DNA of 59,179 nucleotides from Candidatus Shapirobacteria bacterium (GTDB lineage: Bacteria; Patescibacteriota; Microgenomatia; UBA12405), in NCBI GenBank assembly GCA_041666965.1, contig JBAYFX010000003.1, positions 1-59,179 on the forward strand, given 5' to 3'. A model generated the notes under the pieces. That model was not told the origin of the DNA, made no database searches, and saw nothing but the letters and a program-made list of their open reading frames with translations. Below are positions 9,585 through 20,148 of this stretch, in pieces; positions within the stretch are counted from its first letter, which is position 1; every line of letters begins with the position of its first letter. The translations under genes and the position numbers were made by a program.

Positions 9585-11033
9585 TCAAGGACTTAGATAT
9601 TTTTCTAACAAACTTTTGGCTACAACAGGATTAGCACTGCCACCTGACGCCTTCATAACTTGGCCCAACAAAAACCCAATGGCAGAGGGATTTTTATGAA
9701 AATCTGAAACTGCCTTAGGATTAGTGTCGATTACTTTCCTAATTATTTCTTCTATTTGGTTAATATCGGAAACCTGAAACAAATTTTGGTTTTTAGCAAT
9801 TTCCAAAGGATCTTGACCCGATTTGTAGCTTTCTACAAAAAGGAATTTTGCTGATGTTGAAGAAATTTGATTGCTGGCCAACGCTTGAATAATAGCTTGT
9901 GAGTGTTGAGGATTAACTTGAGAAAGGTTAATATCCGCGTTTTCTAAATTTAAATACTCGGATAACGCTCCTAAATACAAATTGGCAACGGTTTTTTTAT
10001 CTTTGGTTTCAGAGAGGTTGGTTAGATATTTTTCGTAACCGGCAGAAAAATCTTTAGATTTAGACAGGGTTTGGGCATCAGCAACAGGCAAACCCATTTC
10101 AACGTATCTCTGAACTACTTGTTGGGGTAACTCGGGAATTGTTGATTTTATTAATTCTACTTCTGAAGAGGTGTAAGCAAAGGGAGGAATGTCGGGCTCA
10201 GGGAAATAACGGTAATCAGCACTCCCCTCTTTTTCGCGTTGTAAGAAAGTTACTTGTCGGTCGGCATCCCATCCACGAGTAGTTTTGTTGGCGTCTGATT
10301 TTACAATACCGGTTGTTTGCCACTCGGTAAGTTGGCGGTTAATTTCAAAATCGATTGCCACCATTACACCGGTTAACGAGGCAACGTTTTTAACTTCAAC
10401 CAGCGGGGTGTAAAAAACTCCCTGTTCGGCTTCTATTTTTAAGTTAATAGTTGGCTCACAACGCATGCTACCTTTTTCGATGTCCGCGTCCGAGACTTCC
10501 AAATAACGAATTATTTGCTGAAGAGAGGTAAGGTAGGTTTTGGCTTCCTGGGCACTGACAATGTCTGGCTCAGAGACGATTTCAACTAGAGGCACACCAC
10601 TACGATTGTAATCAAGCAGAGTAACTTCCTGTCCATTAAGAGTGGTATGAACTGACTTGCCAGTATCTTCTTCCATGTGGGCTCGGTTGATACGGATTTT
10701 ATGGCTATCGATTTCCAGAAACCCGTTTATGGCTAGAGGTTTTTGAAGTTGAGTAATTTGGTAACCTTTGGGAAGGTCAGGGTAAAAATAATTTTTGCGT
10801 TCAAAAAAAGATTCGGGGTTAATGGAACAATTTAGGGCTAAGCCGATTTTGGCACACCAGTCAAGAGCCGTTTTGTTAGGAACCGGGAGAGCACCGGGGT
10901 ACCCCAGACACACCGGACAAGTATGAGTGTTTGGTTCTACATGAAAATGCTCAGCCGGGCAACCGCAAAACATTTTAGACTTAGTTCTGAGTTCAACATG
11001 GACTTCTAAACCGATTATGGGTGTGACTTTCAT
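9585..11033 (-). CDS. gatB: Asp/Glu-tRNA(Asn/Gln) amidotransferase subunit B
   Basis: MKVTPIIGLEVHVEL...CPVCLGYPGALP and a C-terminal GatB/YqeY domain (GFLLGQVMKASGGSANP). Confidence 0.95.
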   Translation of the reverse strand: MKVTPIIGLEVHVELRTKSKMFCGCPAEHFHVEPNTHTCPVCLGYPGALPVPNKTALDWCAKIGLALNCSINPESFFERKNYFYPDLPKGYQITQLQKPLAINGFLEIDSHKIRINRAHMEEDTGKSVHTTLNGQEVTLLDYNRSGVPLVEIVSEPDIVSAQEAKTYLTSLQQIIRYLEVSDADIEKGSMRCEPTINLKIEAEQGVFYTPLVEVKNVASLTGVMVAIDFEINRQLTEWQTTGIVKSDANKTTRGWDADRQVTFLQREKEGSADYRYFPEPDIPPFAYTSSEVELIKSTIPELPQQVVQRYVEMGLPVADAQTLSKSKDFSAGYEKYLTNLSETKDKKTVANLYLGALSEYLNLENADINLSQVNPQHSQAIIQALASNQISSTSAKFLFVESYKSGQDPLEIAKNQNLFQVSDINQIEEIIRKVIDTNPKAVSDFHKNPSAIGFLLGQVMKASGGSANPVVAKSLLEKYLSP

Positions 11034-11620
11034 AATTTTGTTAAATAATTTTCTTGTAAGTCCTTTTGGGATAATTCCATAATAGTTTGGTCATCACCCG
11101 GAGTAATATTTTTATAAAAAGCCACACAATCCTTTAGTTTGACTTTTTCTTTGGATTTAATACTTTGTTCTATTTCGAGGGGGTATAAGTAATCAGCTGA
11201 AACTATTTTATATTTAAATTTCGGTCCCAAAACCATTTTAATGTTGTATTCTTGCCGTTTTAGAAAAATATCTGAAGGAATAATAAAAATGGGTGAATAA
11301 TTATGCGGTTTTAGAAATCTTTGCTTAATCCAACAAAGATTGTGAACAGTAGTTTGACCTTCCTCCCCTATTTCAATTTGATCAGAGTTACAGCCAAGAT
11401 TCAGGGCCAGATTCGCCATAGCTCGAGCTTCGGTAACCGGAGGGATGTAGGTTAAATTCCAAGCATATTTCCCGGAGAATAGTAGTTGAGGGACTAGCTT
11501 TGATTTTAATAAATCGACTGCTTTTTCTACGCATGCTACTGAGCTATCTGCCAAAGTACCATCCGGTTTAATACCTGTACCGAAAACTATGGCCACATCA
11601 AATACATATTCTTGGGTCAT
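11030..11620 (-). CDS. DUF218/YdcF-family protein inserted in the gat operon
   Basis: 196 aa with a YdcF-like pattern: AIVFGTGIKPDG, LLFSGKYAW, TEARAMANLALNLG and TTVHN. Has 4-nt overlaps with gatA (11617-11620) and gatB (11030-11033). Confidence 0.65.
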   Translation of the reverse strand: MTQEYVFDVAIVFGTGIKPDGTLADSSVACVEKAVDLLKSKLVPQLLFSGKYAWNLTYIPPVTEARAMANLALNLGCNSDQIEIGEEGQTTVHNLCWIKQRFLKPHNYSPIFIIPSDIFLKRQEYNIKMVLGPKFKYKIVSADYLYPLEIEQSIKSKEKVKLKDCVAFYKNITPGDDQTIMELSQKDLQENYLTKL

Positions 11621-13086
11621 AACGGGGGAAGTTGGAGGTGGTAATCGGTAAGCTGTTGAAATTGGTGACCGACGGAAAAAAGATTGGCTTCTTGAAAATA
11701 GTTACCGATTATTTGAAATCCAATAGGTAAAGATTTGGAGTCAAAACCACAAGGCAAAGCCAGAGCCGGAAGCCCGGCAACATTAACACAAACCGTATTG
11801 ACATCAGCTAAATACATGGCCAGCGGATCATTAACCTTTTCTCCTAAAGGCCAAGCGGTTGTCGGAGAGACCGGCGCTAAAATAATATCCACAGACCGAA
11901 GCGCATTTTCAAATTCTTGTTTAATTAAAGTTCTAATTTGAGAAGCTTTTATGTAATAAGCATCATAGTAACCGGATGAGAGGGCGTACGTACCGATTAA
12001 AATTCGGCGCTTAAGTTCCGGCTCTAAAAATTGACCCCTAGTTTTGAAATAAGTATCAATTAAGCTAGTGGTGTTTTGGGCGGTTTGTCCAAACCGAACT
12101 CCGTCGTAACGGGCCATGTTGGCGGAAATCTCACAGGGAACCAAGGTGTAGTAAACATCAATCCCCAATGAAGTAGAGGGGAGTGAAATGTCCATCAGAA
12201 TGGCTCCTTGTTTTTGAAAAAGTTCGGCGGCTGCCATAACCTGAGTTTTAACTTCCAAATCTATACCCTCACTAAAATATTCTTTGGGAATTCCGATTTT
12301 CAACCCTAAAAGATTTACAGAATTAAGAAGTTGGGAGTATTGAGGGACCGGGTTTGTTGAAGAAGTTGCATCACAGGGGTCGGCTCCAGCCATAATTTCT
12401 GTAACCAGCGCCAAATCAGACACGTGGCGGGCTAAAGCTCCGGGGCAATCAAAAGATGAAGCCATGGCGGTAATACCATATCGGGAATTGCGGCCATAAG
12501 TTGGTTTGATCCCGGAAACACCACACATGGACGCTGGTTGCCGAATCGACCCTCCGGTATCAGTACCCAGAGCAACGTGGGCTAGCCCCCCGGCAATAGC
12601 GGCAGCAGAACCACCGGAAGACCCTCCGGGAATTCTAGTTTTGTCCCAGGGATTTTTTGTAGGAAAATAACCGGAGTTTTCAGTACTAGCACCGAAAGCA
12701 AAAGGGTCAGTATTGGTTTTCCCAACTAATATGGCATCCTCATCTATTAATCTTTGATAAACGGTAGAAGAATAAGGGGGAATGAAACCTTTTAAAATCT
12801 GGGAACCGGCAGTGGATTGAACACCCTCAGTTAAAAATATATCTTTAACGGCAAGAGGTAACCCTGCTAATTTGCCCAGTTGAGTTTTGTTTCTTATTTT
12901 ATTTTCTAGTTTCTCTACCCATTGTTTAGCAAGGGTGGGGGTTGGAGTTATAAAAGCTTGAAGTTGTGGGTCATACTTTTCAACTCTTTTTAAATAGAAG
13001 TTTAATAAATCGGTAGGAGTAAGCAGGCCGCCAGATAATTGTTTTTGAACTTCATTAATGGTTAGAAGACTTAAATCGGATATCAT
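11617..13086 (-). CDS. gatA: Glu-tRNA(Gln) amidotransferase subunit A
   Basis: Amidase signature GGSSGGSAAAIAGG and GTDTGGSIRQPAS. 489 aa. Confidence 0.95.
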   Translation of the reverse strand: MISDLSLLTINEVQKQLSGGLLTPTDLLNFYLKRVEKYDPQLQAFITPTPTLAKQWVEKLENKIRNKTQLGKLAGLPLAVKDIFLTEGVQSTAGSQILKGFIPPYSSTVYQRLIDEDAILVGKTNTDPFAFGASTENSGYFPTKNPWDKTRIPGGSSGGSAAAIAGGLAHVALGTDTGGSIRQPASMCGVSGIKPTYGRNSRYGITAMASSFDCPGALARHVSDLALVTEIMAGADPCDATSSTNPVPQYSQLLNSVNLLGLKIGIPKEYFSEGIDLEVKTQVMAAAELFQKQGAILMDISLPSTSLGIDVYYTLVPCEISANMARYDGVRFGQTAQNTTSLIDTYFKTRGQFLEPELKRRILIGTYALSSGYYDAYYIKASQIRTLIKQEFENALRSVDIILAPVSPTTAWPLGEKVNDPLAMYLADVNTVCVNVAGLPALALPCGFDSKSLPIGFQIIGNYFQEANLFSVGHQFQQLTDYHLQLPPL

Positions 13087-13379
13087 TTAGCAATACTTGG
13101 CTGAGTAACGATATAGTTTTCATGATGACGAGGTGCATTATTTAGGACACTTTGAGAAGATAAGGTTTGAGAGGAAATTGGAGAGGTTTGGAAAGATGAT
13201 GAATTACTCGTAACCTGAAAAGTCGGTGCGATTGAGGAAGTATCAATCTTGTTAATTCTAGCCACATGCTCCATGACGGTAGCCAATTGAATAGCGTAAG
13301 TTTCTGTTTCCTCTGGAGTTAAGTCGATACGGGCGAGTTTGGCAATGTGGGCGATAGTAGCAGCGGTAATTTGGGACAT
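13083..13379 (-). CDS. gatC: Asp/Glu-tRNA amidotransferase subunit C
   Basis: MSQITAATIAHIAKLARIDLTPEE is a typical GatC N-terminus. I prefer the ATG at 13379 to the TTG at 13385 used by the ORF track. Overlaps gatA by 4 nt. Confidence 0.85.
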   Translation of the reverse strand: MSQITAATIAHIAKLARIDLTPEETETYAIQLATVMEHVARINKIDTSSIAPTFQVTSNSSSFQTSPISSQTLSSQSVLNNAPRHHENYIVTQPSIAK

Positions 13380-13398
13380 ACTCAAGGATTTTACAACA

Positions 13399-14469
13399 TT
13401 AATCTGTTTTAGTTTGATAAAAGTCAGGAAGACGGGAGGTAAGACTGGCTTTAAGTCGAAGTAGTTTCCAGCGCCAACGGTCAGCCAGATTGTATAACCG
13501 ATAAAATAGAGGATTAATGACTAGATCCCAAGTACCTACAAACTCCACCAAAGTCCCGCCGTATCCGAATTTAAACCGATGAAAACCGTAACCATTTTGA
13601 GACTCGGAAGCGCCGGGACCCAAGCAACCCCACAAATCAAAGGTTTTTAACCCCTGAGAGTGACCGAATTTAATAGCTTCCCACATTAAAAGATTGGGGG
13701 CCATAACCTCACGGTTTGAATCAGCACTAGCCCCATAAGGATAAAAAAGACGATCTTTTAAAACGAAAAGCATAAAGGCGGCGAGAGGCTTGCCCTGATA
13801 ATAGGCAATAAGTATTTTGGCCATATTATTGGCCTTAACTAGCTTCCAAAGCCTTTGATGGTAGCTTTTAGAGTGCAAGTAAAAACCCTGCCGCCGGGTG
13901 GTATCAAAAAGTAATTTTAAATAAGTTTCAAAACCCAAATCGTTAGTTTCATCTTTTATTTCTACCCCATGCTTTTGGGCTAATTTAATGTTGTAGCGGG
14001 TTTTAGGGTGAAAAGATGATAGTATTTCGTCTTCTGAATGAGTTAAGTCAACTAGAAAAGTATGAGGGTAAAAGGCGACTTTGGGAGACGGGACAAAGTC
14101 GTTAAATTGAGGTAAGGGATTAATTTTTTCAACTTGGGAATCACCGATAAATTTTTGATAAATAACTTCGGGCTCAAATTTTACAAAAATTGCATTCTCC
14201 TCGTGGGCAATTTTGTTAATAACAGTTAGAGTGTCTGAAGACAATTGGGGACCACGCAAAACAGTACCAATAGAATAAGGCAGACGGGGAATTAAATGAA
14301 AAGAGAGGGTGAAGGCTGAAACAATTTTATTTTGATTAAAAGTTCCTAACCGGTAAACTTTATGGCCTTGACTTTTTTGGAAATCGCCCCAGACCCAAGT
14401 TTGAACCGGGTGAGTCACTACCGAGTCGTAAAGCTCTTTTTCTTTATCGTAAAGAATTCTGGTTATCAT
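13399..14469 (-). CDS. FemAB-family aminoacyl-tRNA-dependent peptidoglycan peptide-bridge transferase
   Basis: 356 aa. FemAB-like N-terminus (HPVQTWVWGDFQ) and a C-terminal GNAT-like half (APNLLMWEAIKFGHSQGLKTFDLWG). Confidence 0.75.
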   Translation of the reverse strand: MITRILYDKEKELYDSVVTHPVQTWVWGDFQKSQGHKVYRLGTFNQNKIVSAFTLSFHLIPRLPYSIGTVLRGPQLSSDTLTVINKIAHEENAIFVKFEPEVIYQKFIGDSQVEKINPLPQFNDFVPSPKVAFYPHTFLVDLTHSEDEILSSFHPKTRYNIKLAQKHGVEIKDETNDLGFETYLKLLFDTTRRQGFYLHSKSYHQRLWKLVKANNMAKILIAYYQGKPLAAFMLFVLKDRLFYPYGASADSNREVMAPNLLMWEAIKFGHSQGLKTFDLWGCLGPGASESQNGYGFHRFKFGYGGTLVEFVGTWDLVINPLFYRLYNLADRWRWKLLRLKASLTSRLPDFYQTKTD

Positions 14470-14490
14470 TTAATTGGCTAATTATAACAA

Positions 14491-16365
14491 TCAATAAATA
14501 TCAGGGTCGTAGAGGAAATCGGAGTCAGAGTGAGGGGATTTGGGACTGAAGCCGGCGGTAAACGAAGTGTAATCGGTAGTTTCTACCAAAGAAGAAGGGA
14601 TATCGGAAAGGAAGCGAGATGGTTGATTGAGTGAACTTTTACCGAAAAATAGACGGCGACGGGTGTGGGTTAAATACAAATAATCTTTGGCCCGGGTAAT
14701 CCCCACATAACACAGACGGCGTTCTTCTTCAATGTCAACGTCCTCAATCAAACTACGGGAATGGGGTAAAATCCCCTCCTCAAAACCGACAATAAACACT
14801 GATTCAAACTCCAGCCCTTTGCTGGAATGAAGGGTCATTAACCGGACACCGGTACGGTTTTCATTTTTTTTATTTTTTTCCTGAAGAGAGTATTCCTGTT
14901 GAACCAAAGAAACGTTTTCCAGGAAGTCTGGGAGCTTGGGAAAACTGGTAGCCACTGATTGAAGTTCTTTAATATTCTCCAGCCGGCGTTGATCGTCCTC
15001 ATCACGTGGATCATATTTATTTAAGTAACCAGTATTGGTCAGGACGGTTTCTAAAACCTTTAAAGTCGACTGTTTTTGGGGGTCAAAATCCATCAACTGG
15101 CTTAAAAATACGGTCGAGGCTCGTTTACCAATCGCCTTTTGAATCCGACCCCACGACAGTTGATCTTTGGGATTAAAGATGTACCGAAGCATGGCTAAAA
15201 TGTCTTTTATTTCAGAACGGTCATAAAAGCGAAGACCACCAATCAATACATAGGGAATAAGGTGCTTTAAAAACACTTCTTCAATCACCCGGGATTGAGC
15301 ATTGGTTCGGTACAAAACAGCAATTTGTTGAAAGGGTATTTGGCCGTTATAGAGTTTTATTTGTGCTGCAACGAATTCAGCCTCAGCAATTTCAGAGTCT
15401 AGTATTGCCACCTGAATTGGGTTATTTGTGGTTCTAGTGGCTTTAAGATCTAAAACCGGATGACTGGTGTTTTTTGAAATAACAGTATTGGCGGCCGTTA
15501 AAATTGTTTGGGTTGAGCGATAATTCAATTCCAAATTAATAATTTTCGTATCAGGAAAATCGGTAGTTATGTTCATTAAATTTCTAAAGTTAGCGCCACG
15601 CCAACCATAAATAGACTGAGAAGCATCACCGACTACGGTTAATTGCCGATATTTACTTGAAATAAGTTTAGTCAGAGCATACTGAATTTCATTAGTATCC
15701 TGATACTCGTCAACCAAAAGGTATTGGTAAGTTTGCCAAACTGTACTGAGAGTTGGAGAGTGCTCTGAGAGGAGAACGACTGTCTGATAGATTAGATCGG
15801 AAAAATCGAGAGCTTGAAATTCCATAAGACGGCGTTGATAGCGTTCATAGATTTTGGCGGCGTATTCAGTCCAAAAGCCAGTTGCGATTTGGCGAGCAGC
15901 AGCGGGGGTAAGCATTTTATCCTTGGCTGACTCAATATAGTAAGCAACGGAAGATGGTTTAAACTCTTTGGGGGTTAGATTAAGGTCAGCAATAATGGAC
16001 CGGATCAGATTTTCCTGATCATCTGAGTCATAAATGACAAAGTTAGAAGAAATGCCGATGTGCTGGCCGTGTTTGCGCAGTAAGCTAACTCCAAATGAGT
16101 GAAACGTGCCGGCAAATAGGCCGGTGCCATCATTTTTTGCCAACAATTTGGACAATCTCAGCTTCATTTCGGCGGCCGCTTTGTTAGTAAAAGTTAAAAG
16201 CAAAATATTTTGAGGTGAAACATGTAGAGAATTTATGAGGTGGGCTGCTCGATGGGTCAATACCCTGGTTTTACCGGAACCTGCTCCAGCCAGAATTAAC
16301 AACGGTGAGCCAACATGCGTAATTGCCTCAACTTGTTTTGGATTAAGTGAATCGTGAACTGACAC
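14491..16365 (-). CDS. pcrA: ATP-dependent DNA helicase PcrA/UvrD (short, 624 aa; GTG start)
   Basis: AGAGSGKTRVLTHR, LLVDEYQDTN, YRSTQTIL, MTLHSSKGLEF and CYVGITRAKDYLYL. Confidence 0.9.
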   Translation of the reverse strand: MSVHDSLNPKQVEAITHVGSPLLILAGAGSGKTRVLTHRAAHLINSLHVSPQNILLLTFTNKAAAEMKLRLSKLLAKNDGTGLFAGTFHSFGVSLLRKHGQHIGISSNFVIYDSDDQENLIRSIIADLNLTPKEFKPSSVAYYIESAKDKMLTPAAARQIATGFWTEYAAKIYERYQRRLMEFQALDFSDLIYQTVVLLSEHSPTLSTVWQTYQYLLVDEYQDTNEIQYALTKLISSKYRQLTVVGDASQSIYGWRGANFRNLMNITTDFPDTKIINLELNYRSTQTILTAANTVISKNTSHPVLDLKATRTTNNPIQVAILDSEIAEAEFVAAQIKLYNGQIPFQQIAVLYRTNAQSRVIEEVFLKHLIPYVLIGGLRFYDRSEIKDILAMLRYIFNPKDQLSWGRIQKAIGKRASTVFLSQLMDFDPQKQSTLKVLETVLTNTGYLNKYDPRDEDDQRRLENIKELQSVATSFPKLPDFLENVSLVQQEYSLQEKNKKNENRTGVRLMTLHSSKGLEFESVFIVGFEEGILPHSRSLIEDVDIEEERRLCYVGITRAKDYLYLTHTRRRLFFGKSSLNQPSRFLSDIPSSLVETTDYTSFTAGFSPKSPHSDSDFLYDPDIY

Positions 16366-16368
16366 TAA

Positions 16369-18456
16369 CTAGGGTAACTGATAGATGGATGTTACGCCAC
16401 TTTGAAAAACTAATTTACTTCCCAGATCAATAAATTTTTGAGTATTAAGGGTGGGATATTTTTCTTTTTCTTTAGGACCAATAAATACATACTTTACCCG
16501 GTATTTAGAAAGTAGGCTACGGGTAACGTCTACATCGGCAGATTCATAAATTTTTTGAACGTCGGTTTGGCGCTCCCCTGGGCCATCAAATCCTCCACGC
16601 CACAACCATTCATGAACCAACCATCCCTCAATTGTGGGCAAACCGGTAGCCATGGAAATTTGATTAAACTGAGTGTAACTATCGCCTACCGCTTCCAGCA
16701 TTACCGGTTGACCGGTTATGTTTTCATTAATCCATTTAATTGCTTGGTAGTTGTCGGGGTATTGGTCGTGAATAAAATCGAGGCCATATAATCCCCAGTA
16801 TTTTCGGGGTGTATGGTGATCTGAATAAGCCCGAATGGCAAAGTAAGGGTAAATCAGGTGCAAAACCAAAATAAGGACAAAAAGAAAACGGTAAAGGTAG
16901 AGACTACGTAGACGATACAAAACATATCCAGCACTTAGGCTATAGATCATAAAAGCCTGGTAGACAAGCTTAAACATGGTATTAGCCCGGCGATGCTCAA
17001 AAATATAAATATCCTTGATATAAATTAATTCAGGAATAATTATTAAGATGGTGGCAGTTACAACTAAAGCTAGAGCCATTAAATCAAAATCGGTAATTTG
17101 AGCAGTAGTTCGTTTGATAATTTTTTTTAGGATCCATAAAACAAGAGGAAAACAAATTATCCAAAACCCTCCGTACAGTATAAACAACTGGTAGAAGGGA
17201 GTATGAACATCTGAGAACCGAATGCCTTCGGCCATAGGCTTGAAATGTAAACTGAAGGGCAAGGTAAATAAATACCATAGGACAATAATAGATATGCCGT
17301 GACTAAATAAAGAGGTTATTAATGTTCTAAAAGGTAAACGACGGGCTTGAGTTAAGAGAAAAGTAACTCCAAAAAGCATGCCATATACGGCAAAATCCCA
17401 AGCGTTAGTCATGTAAGCAAGGGCTAGAAAAAACGAGAGTGGAACAACCAAATCTAACCTAAAAGAAGTAAGGGACACACCGCGGGTAAAAAAAACAATC
17501 AAAAAGGCGATAATGGTTAAAACGAGGGGGATATTATTTAAATGACCGTGCAAATCAGAGACAACCAAACTGTAGAGAGGAAATTCGTGAATTGTTTTAT
17601 CTTTTACATCCGGGTCAAAACCGATAAAACGGGTAGCGTCGGGGTACCAGTAACCAGAAGCTGATTTGGAAACAGCTTGCGGGGTCAAAACAAGCTTTTG
17701 GTTTTGTTCAATGTTTAATTTGGCTATTTTATATACGGGGTGGAGATTACCGCCAAAAGTTAATAAAAGCGCCGAGACTAATCCAGCTATAACAATTCCA
17801 CCCCAGTGAATTTTTTTTAAAGCAGTTTGAGCAAGATATACTAAATTGGCAGTAACCGAAAAAGCTGAAGTAAAAACAAGAGCACTAAGTGAGGCAATGG
17901 CCAGATTGTAAGTTATGGCGGAGTCAAGTGATGTTAGTTTGGTTAAAAGGGCAAACACCAGATGACCAAAATAGTAATAATTAATTGACTCACCGGCATA
18001 CCACATATCTTGGGGTGGAAAATACTCGGTTCTAAGCATGGAGTTAATAAATCCCCAATCCATAAACTTCTCCAGGCTTTCAATATCTGGAGCATGTCCG
18101 CGAACATAAGCCCAGCCAATAAAGACTATTAGAAACACCACCTCATAGGCGACAATTAAACGCCAATGTTTAGAAAAATAATCAAGTAATAAAAATTGTT
18201 TTTGAAATTGACGATAGAGGACTACTCCGGTAATTAAGGCGATGGTTAAAATTCCCAAATTAGTAAAAGGAACTAACTTAAATACCCCTAAAACAAAAGT
18301 CAGGTAAGTTACAACAAAAAGACCAAGTGTTTTACTAAAAACATAGCCTTTGTCAAAAAAACGACTAAAAAGTTGGGTAGTTAGAGGTAAAAATAACCAA
18401 CCTAAGGCGGTTATTGTCAGCCACCAAACAAGGATAAAGGGTAAATCGGCTAGCAT
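16369..18456 (-). CDS. DUF2298 / Chlor_Arch_YYY polytopic membrane protein (GT-C-like)
   Basis: 695 aa and highly hydrophobic. Contains the family-defining YYYxG motif (SINYYYFGH). Family assignment is from memory. Confidence 0.65.
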   Translation of the reverse strand: MLADLPFILVWWLTITALGWLFLPLTTQLFSRFFDKGYVFSKTLGLFVVTYLTFVLGVFKLVPFTNLGILTIALITGVVLYRQFQKQFLLLDYFSKHWRLIVAYEVVFLIVFIGWAYVRGHAPDIESLEKFMDWGFINSMLRTEYFPPQDMWYAGESINYYYFGHLVFALLTKLTSLDSAITYNLAIASLSALVFTSAFSVTANLVYLAQTALKKIHWGGIVIAGLVSALLLTFGGNLHPVYKIAKLNIEQNQKLVLTPQAVSKSASGYWYPDATRFIGFDPDVKDKTIHEFPLYSLVVSDLHGHLNNIPLVLTIIAFLIVFFTRGVSLTSFRLDLVVPLSFFLALAYMTNAWDFAVYGMLFGVTFLLTQARRLPFRTLITSLFSHGISIIVLWYLFTLPFSLHFKPMAEGIRFSDVHTPFYQLFILYGGFWIICFPLVLWILKKIIKRTTAQITDFDLMALALVVTATILIIIPELIYIKDIYIFEHRRANTMFKLVYQAFMIYSLSAGYVLYRLRSLYLYRFLFVLILVLHLIYPYFAIRAYSDHHTPRKYWGLYGLDFIHDQYPDNYQAIKWINENITGQPVMLEAVGDSYTQFNQISMATGLPTIEGWLVHEWLWRGGFDGPGERQTDVQKIYESADVDVTRSLLSKYRVKYVFIGPKEKEKYPTLNTQKFIDLGSKLVFQSGVTSIYQLP

Positions 18457-18459
18457 GAT

Positions 18460-19065
18460 TTATTGTAACAAGCTAAAAAACCAGTTAAAAAAAGTAGCGA
18501 AGTGTACGACCAGGTTAGGTGGGGTAACAAGAGTATTAAAAGCCAGCCAAAGTAAAATCCCAATAACTATTCCGATTAATACGTCTATTGGATAGTGAAA
18601 GCCAATTAATATTCTATATAGGATTAGAGGAACAACAATGATTAAAAAAACCAGCGGTGAGAATACTTGGGTTTGAATTAAAAAAAGCAAAAAATAGGTG
18701 GCTTTAATGGTGTGACCGGAAGGAAGACTACCGGTTTTGTACCAGCGGTCAATTAACCCAGAGGGAGTGGAGTGATGGTGATAATAAAATGGACGAGGCC
18801 AAAAACGAAGACTTTTGCCGACTTTCTCAATTATTTCGGCTAATACTGTGATTACAAACAACCGGCCAAAATAGTTAATGTCAGCTTTGATTAACAATGC
18901 TGACCAATAAGCCATAAAGAGCCAAATGGAGTAGTTTAAAAAGATAACTAAAGATTTACCAAAAGGGAGCCGAGAGACAAACAAATAATAGTCAGTTTTG
19001 GGTTGCCAAAACAGTAAATTATTTTTAGGTACTAACTTAAAACCCTCAGGAGTTGTTTGATCCAT
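18460..19065 (-). CDS. PAP2-family lipid phosphate phosphatase
   Basis: All three PAP2 motifs are present: KX6RP (KSLRFWPRP), PSGH (LPSGHT) and HX3D (GFHYPID). Confidence 0.8.
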   Translation of the reverse strand: MDQTTPEGFKLVPKNNLLFWQPKTDYYLFVSRLPFGKSLVIFLNYSIWLFMAYWSALLIKADINYFGRLFVITVLAEIIEKVGKSLRFWPRPFYYHHHSTPSGLIDRWYKTGSLPSGHTIKATYFLLFLIQTQVFSPLVFLIIVVPLILYRILIGFHYPIDVLIGIVIGILLWLAFNTLVTPPNLVVHFATFFNWFFSLLQ

Positions 19066-20140
19066 TAGTAAGATAAGACTGAAATAACCTACCCCAATCC
19101 GTTGATAAATATTTTTGCTTACGGCGTATACCTACAACTTTGTACCAATAAACATCATGGTAAAGATTGGAGGCAGAATAAGACCATGGAGCAATAAAAC
19201 TTCTTAGGAGTAGATTCTCCACCCATTGGGGTAAATGGTGATAAATAAATTTTTGACCTCTTGAAGCAAAAGTGTCTTTTTTGAAACCAACCTGAAAGTT
19301 AGGGAGCTTTTGAGAGCCTTTTATGACAACTTTGGAGTAATTTCCTAACCCAAGTTTTTCGCCTAATTTTAAAAATTCAATATCAACGGGATTGAAGCCG
19401 ATTATGCGAGCGGCGGTAGCGTCAAGGGCAATTTCGTCATTACTGGCCAACAATAGATTACTTTCCAACCACTGCATGGCCCGTGGACCGGGGCCATACC
19501 CCAAAACAGAACCATCCATAATCCCTAGCTGGGTGGGGTGAAGTTCTTTTTGGATTTGGAGCAAGTCAATAATCGCTTTATGAATATGCCGATGACAATA
19601 GTGGCGATTGGTGTTAAGCATACCAAAATAGTTTTTTACAGCCCCGGTAACCGAGGTAAAAACATGAGATTTAAGTGTACATAGGCTAATTAATGGTTTA
19701 CCTTGGATAACTTCAGGCAATAAAATTCCATCTGGGAATATTTGATCTAAAACTAATAGTTTAGCCTTAGGTTTATAAAACGTATATTTTTCTTCAGTTA
19801 AGTAATGGATTTTTATAGTGTATTTTTTGGCTATTTGATCCCAACCGTGGCTTTTGGCACCTGCCACAACATCGGTAACCACAGTCCGATTTTCTACCGG
19901 AATTATATTTTTTGGAGACACACCAGAATCCAGCAGCCATTTTAAAGTTGCCTCAAAAGCCCAGGGGGGCGTGGAAACTGCCGGGTAAAACTTGGTCCAG
20001 GATAAATTGAGCTTTAAAATAACGGGTTCGTTTTTTGGTTTAGGAAAATTTGATAGTAATTGTAGGTAGTCAGAAATTACTGTATCTGGACTGGTTTTTG
20101 TTACAAAAACAGTTTGACTTAAAGCCGGCATAAACACCAT
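19046..20140 (-). CDS. DUF362-domain protein
   Basis: DUF362-like layout (VILKLNLSW, VENRTVV). The start could instead be the ATG at 20131, preceded by TATAAT at 20139-20144. Confidence 0.55.
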   Translation of the reverse strand: MVFMPALSQTVFVTKTSPDTVISDYLQLLSNFPKPKNEPVILKLNLSWTKFYPAVSTPPWAFEATLKWLLDSGVSPKNIIPVENRTVVTDVVAGAKSHGWDQIAKKYTIKIHYLTEEKYTFYKPKAKLLVLDQIFPDGILLPEVIQGKPLISLCTLKSHVFTSVTGAVKNYFGMLNTNRHYCHRHIHKAIIDLLQIQKELHPTQLGIMDGSVLGYGPGPRAMQWLESNLLLASNDEIALDATAARIIGFNPVDIEFLKLGEKLGLGNYSKVVIKGSQKLPNFQVGFKKDTFASRGQKFIYHHLPQWVENLLLRSFIAPWSYSASNLYHDVYWYKVVGIRRKQKYLSTDWGRLFQSYLTNGSNNS

Positions 20141-20148
20141 TATAACAA

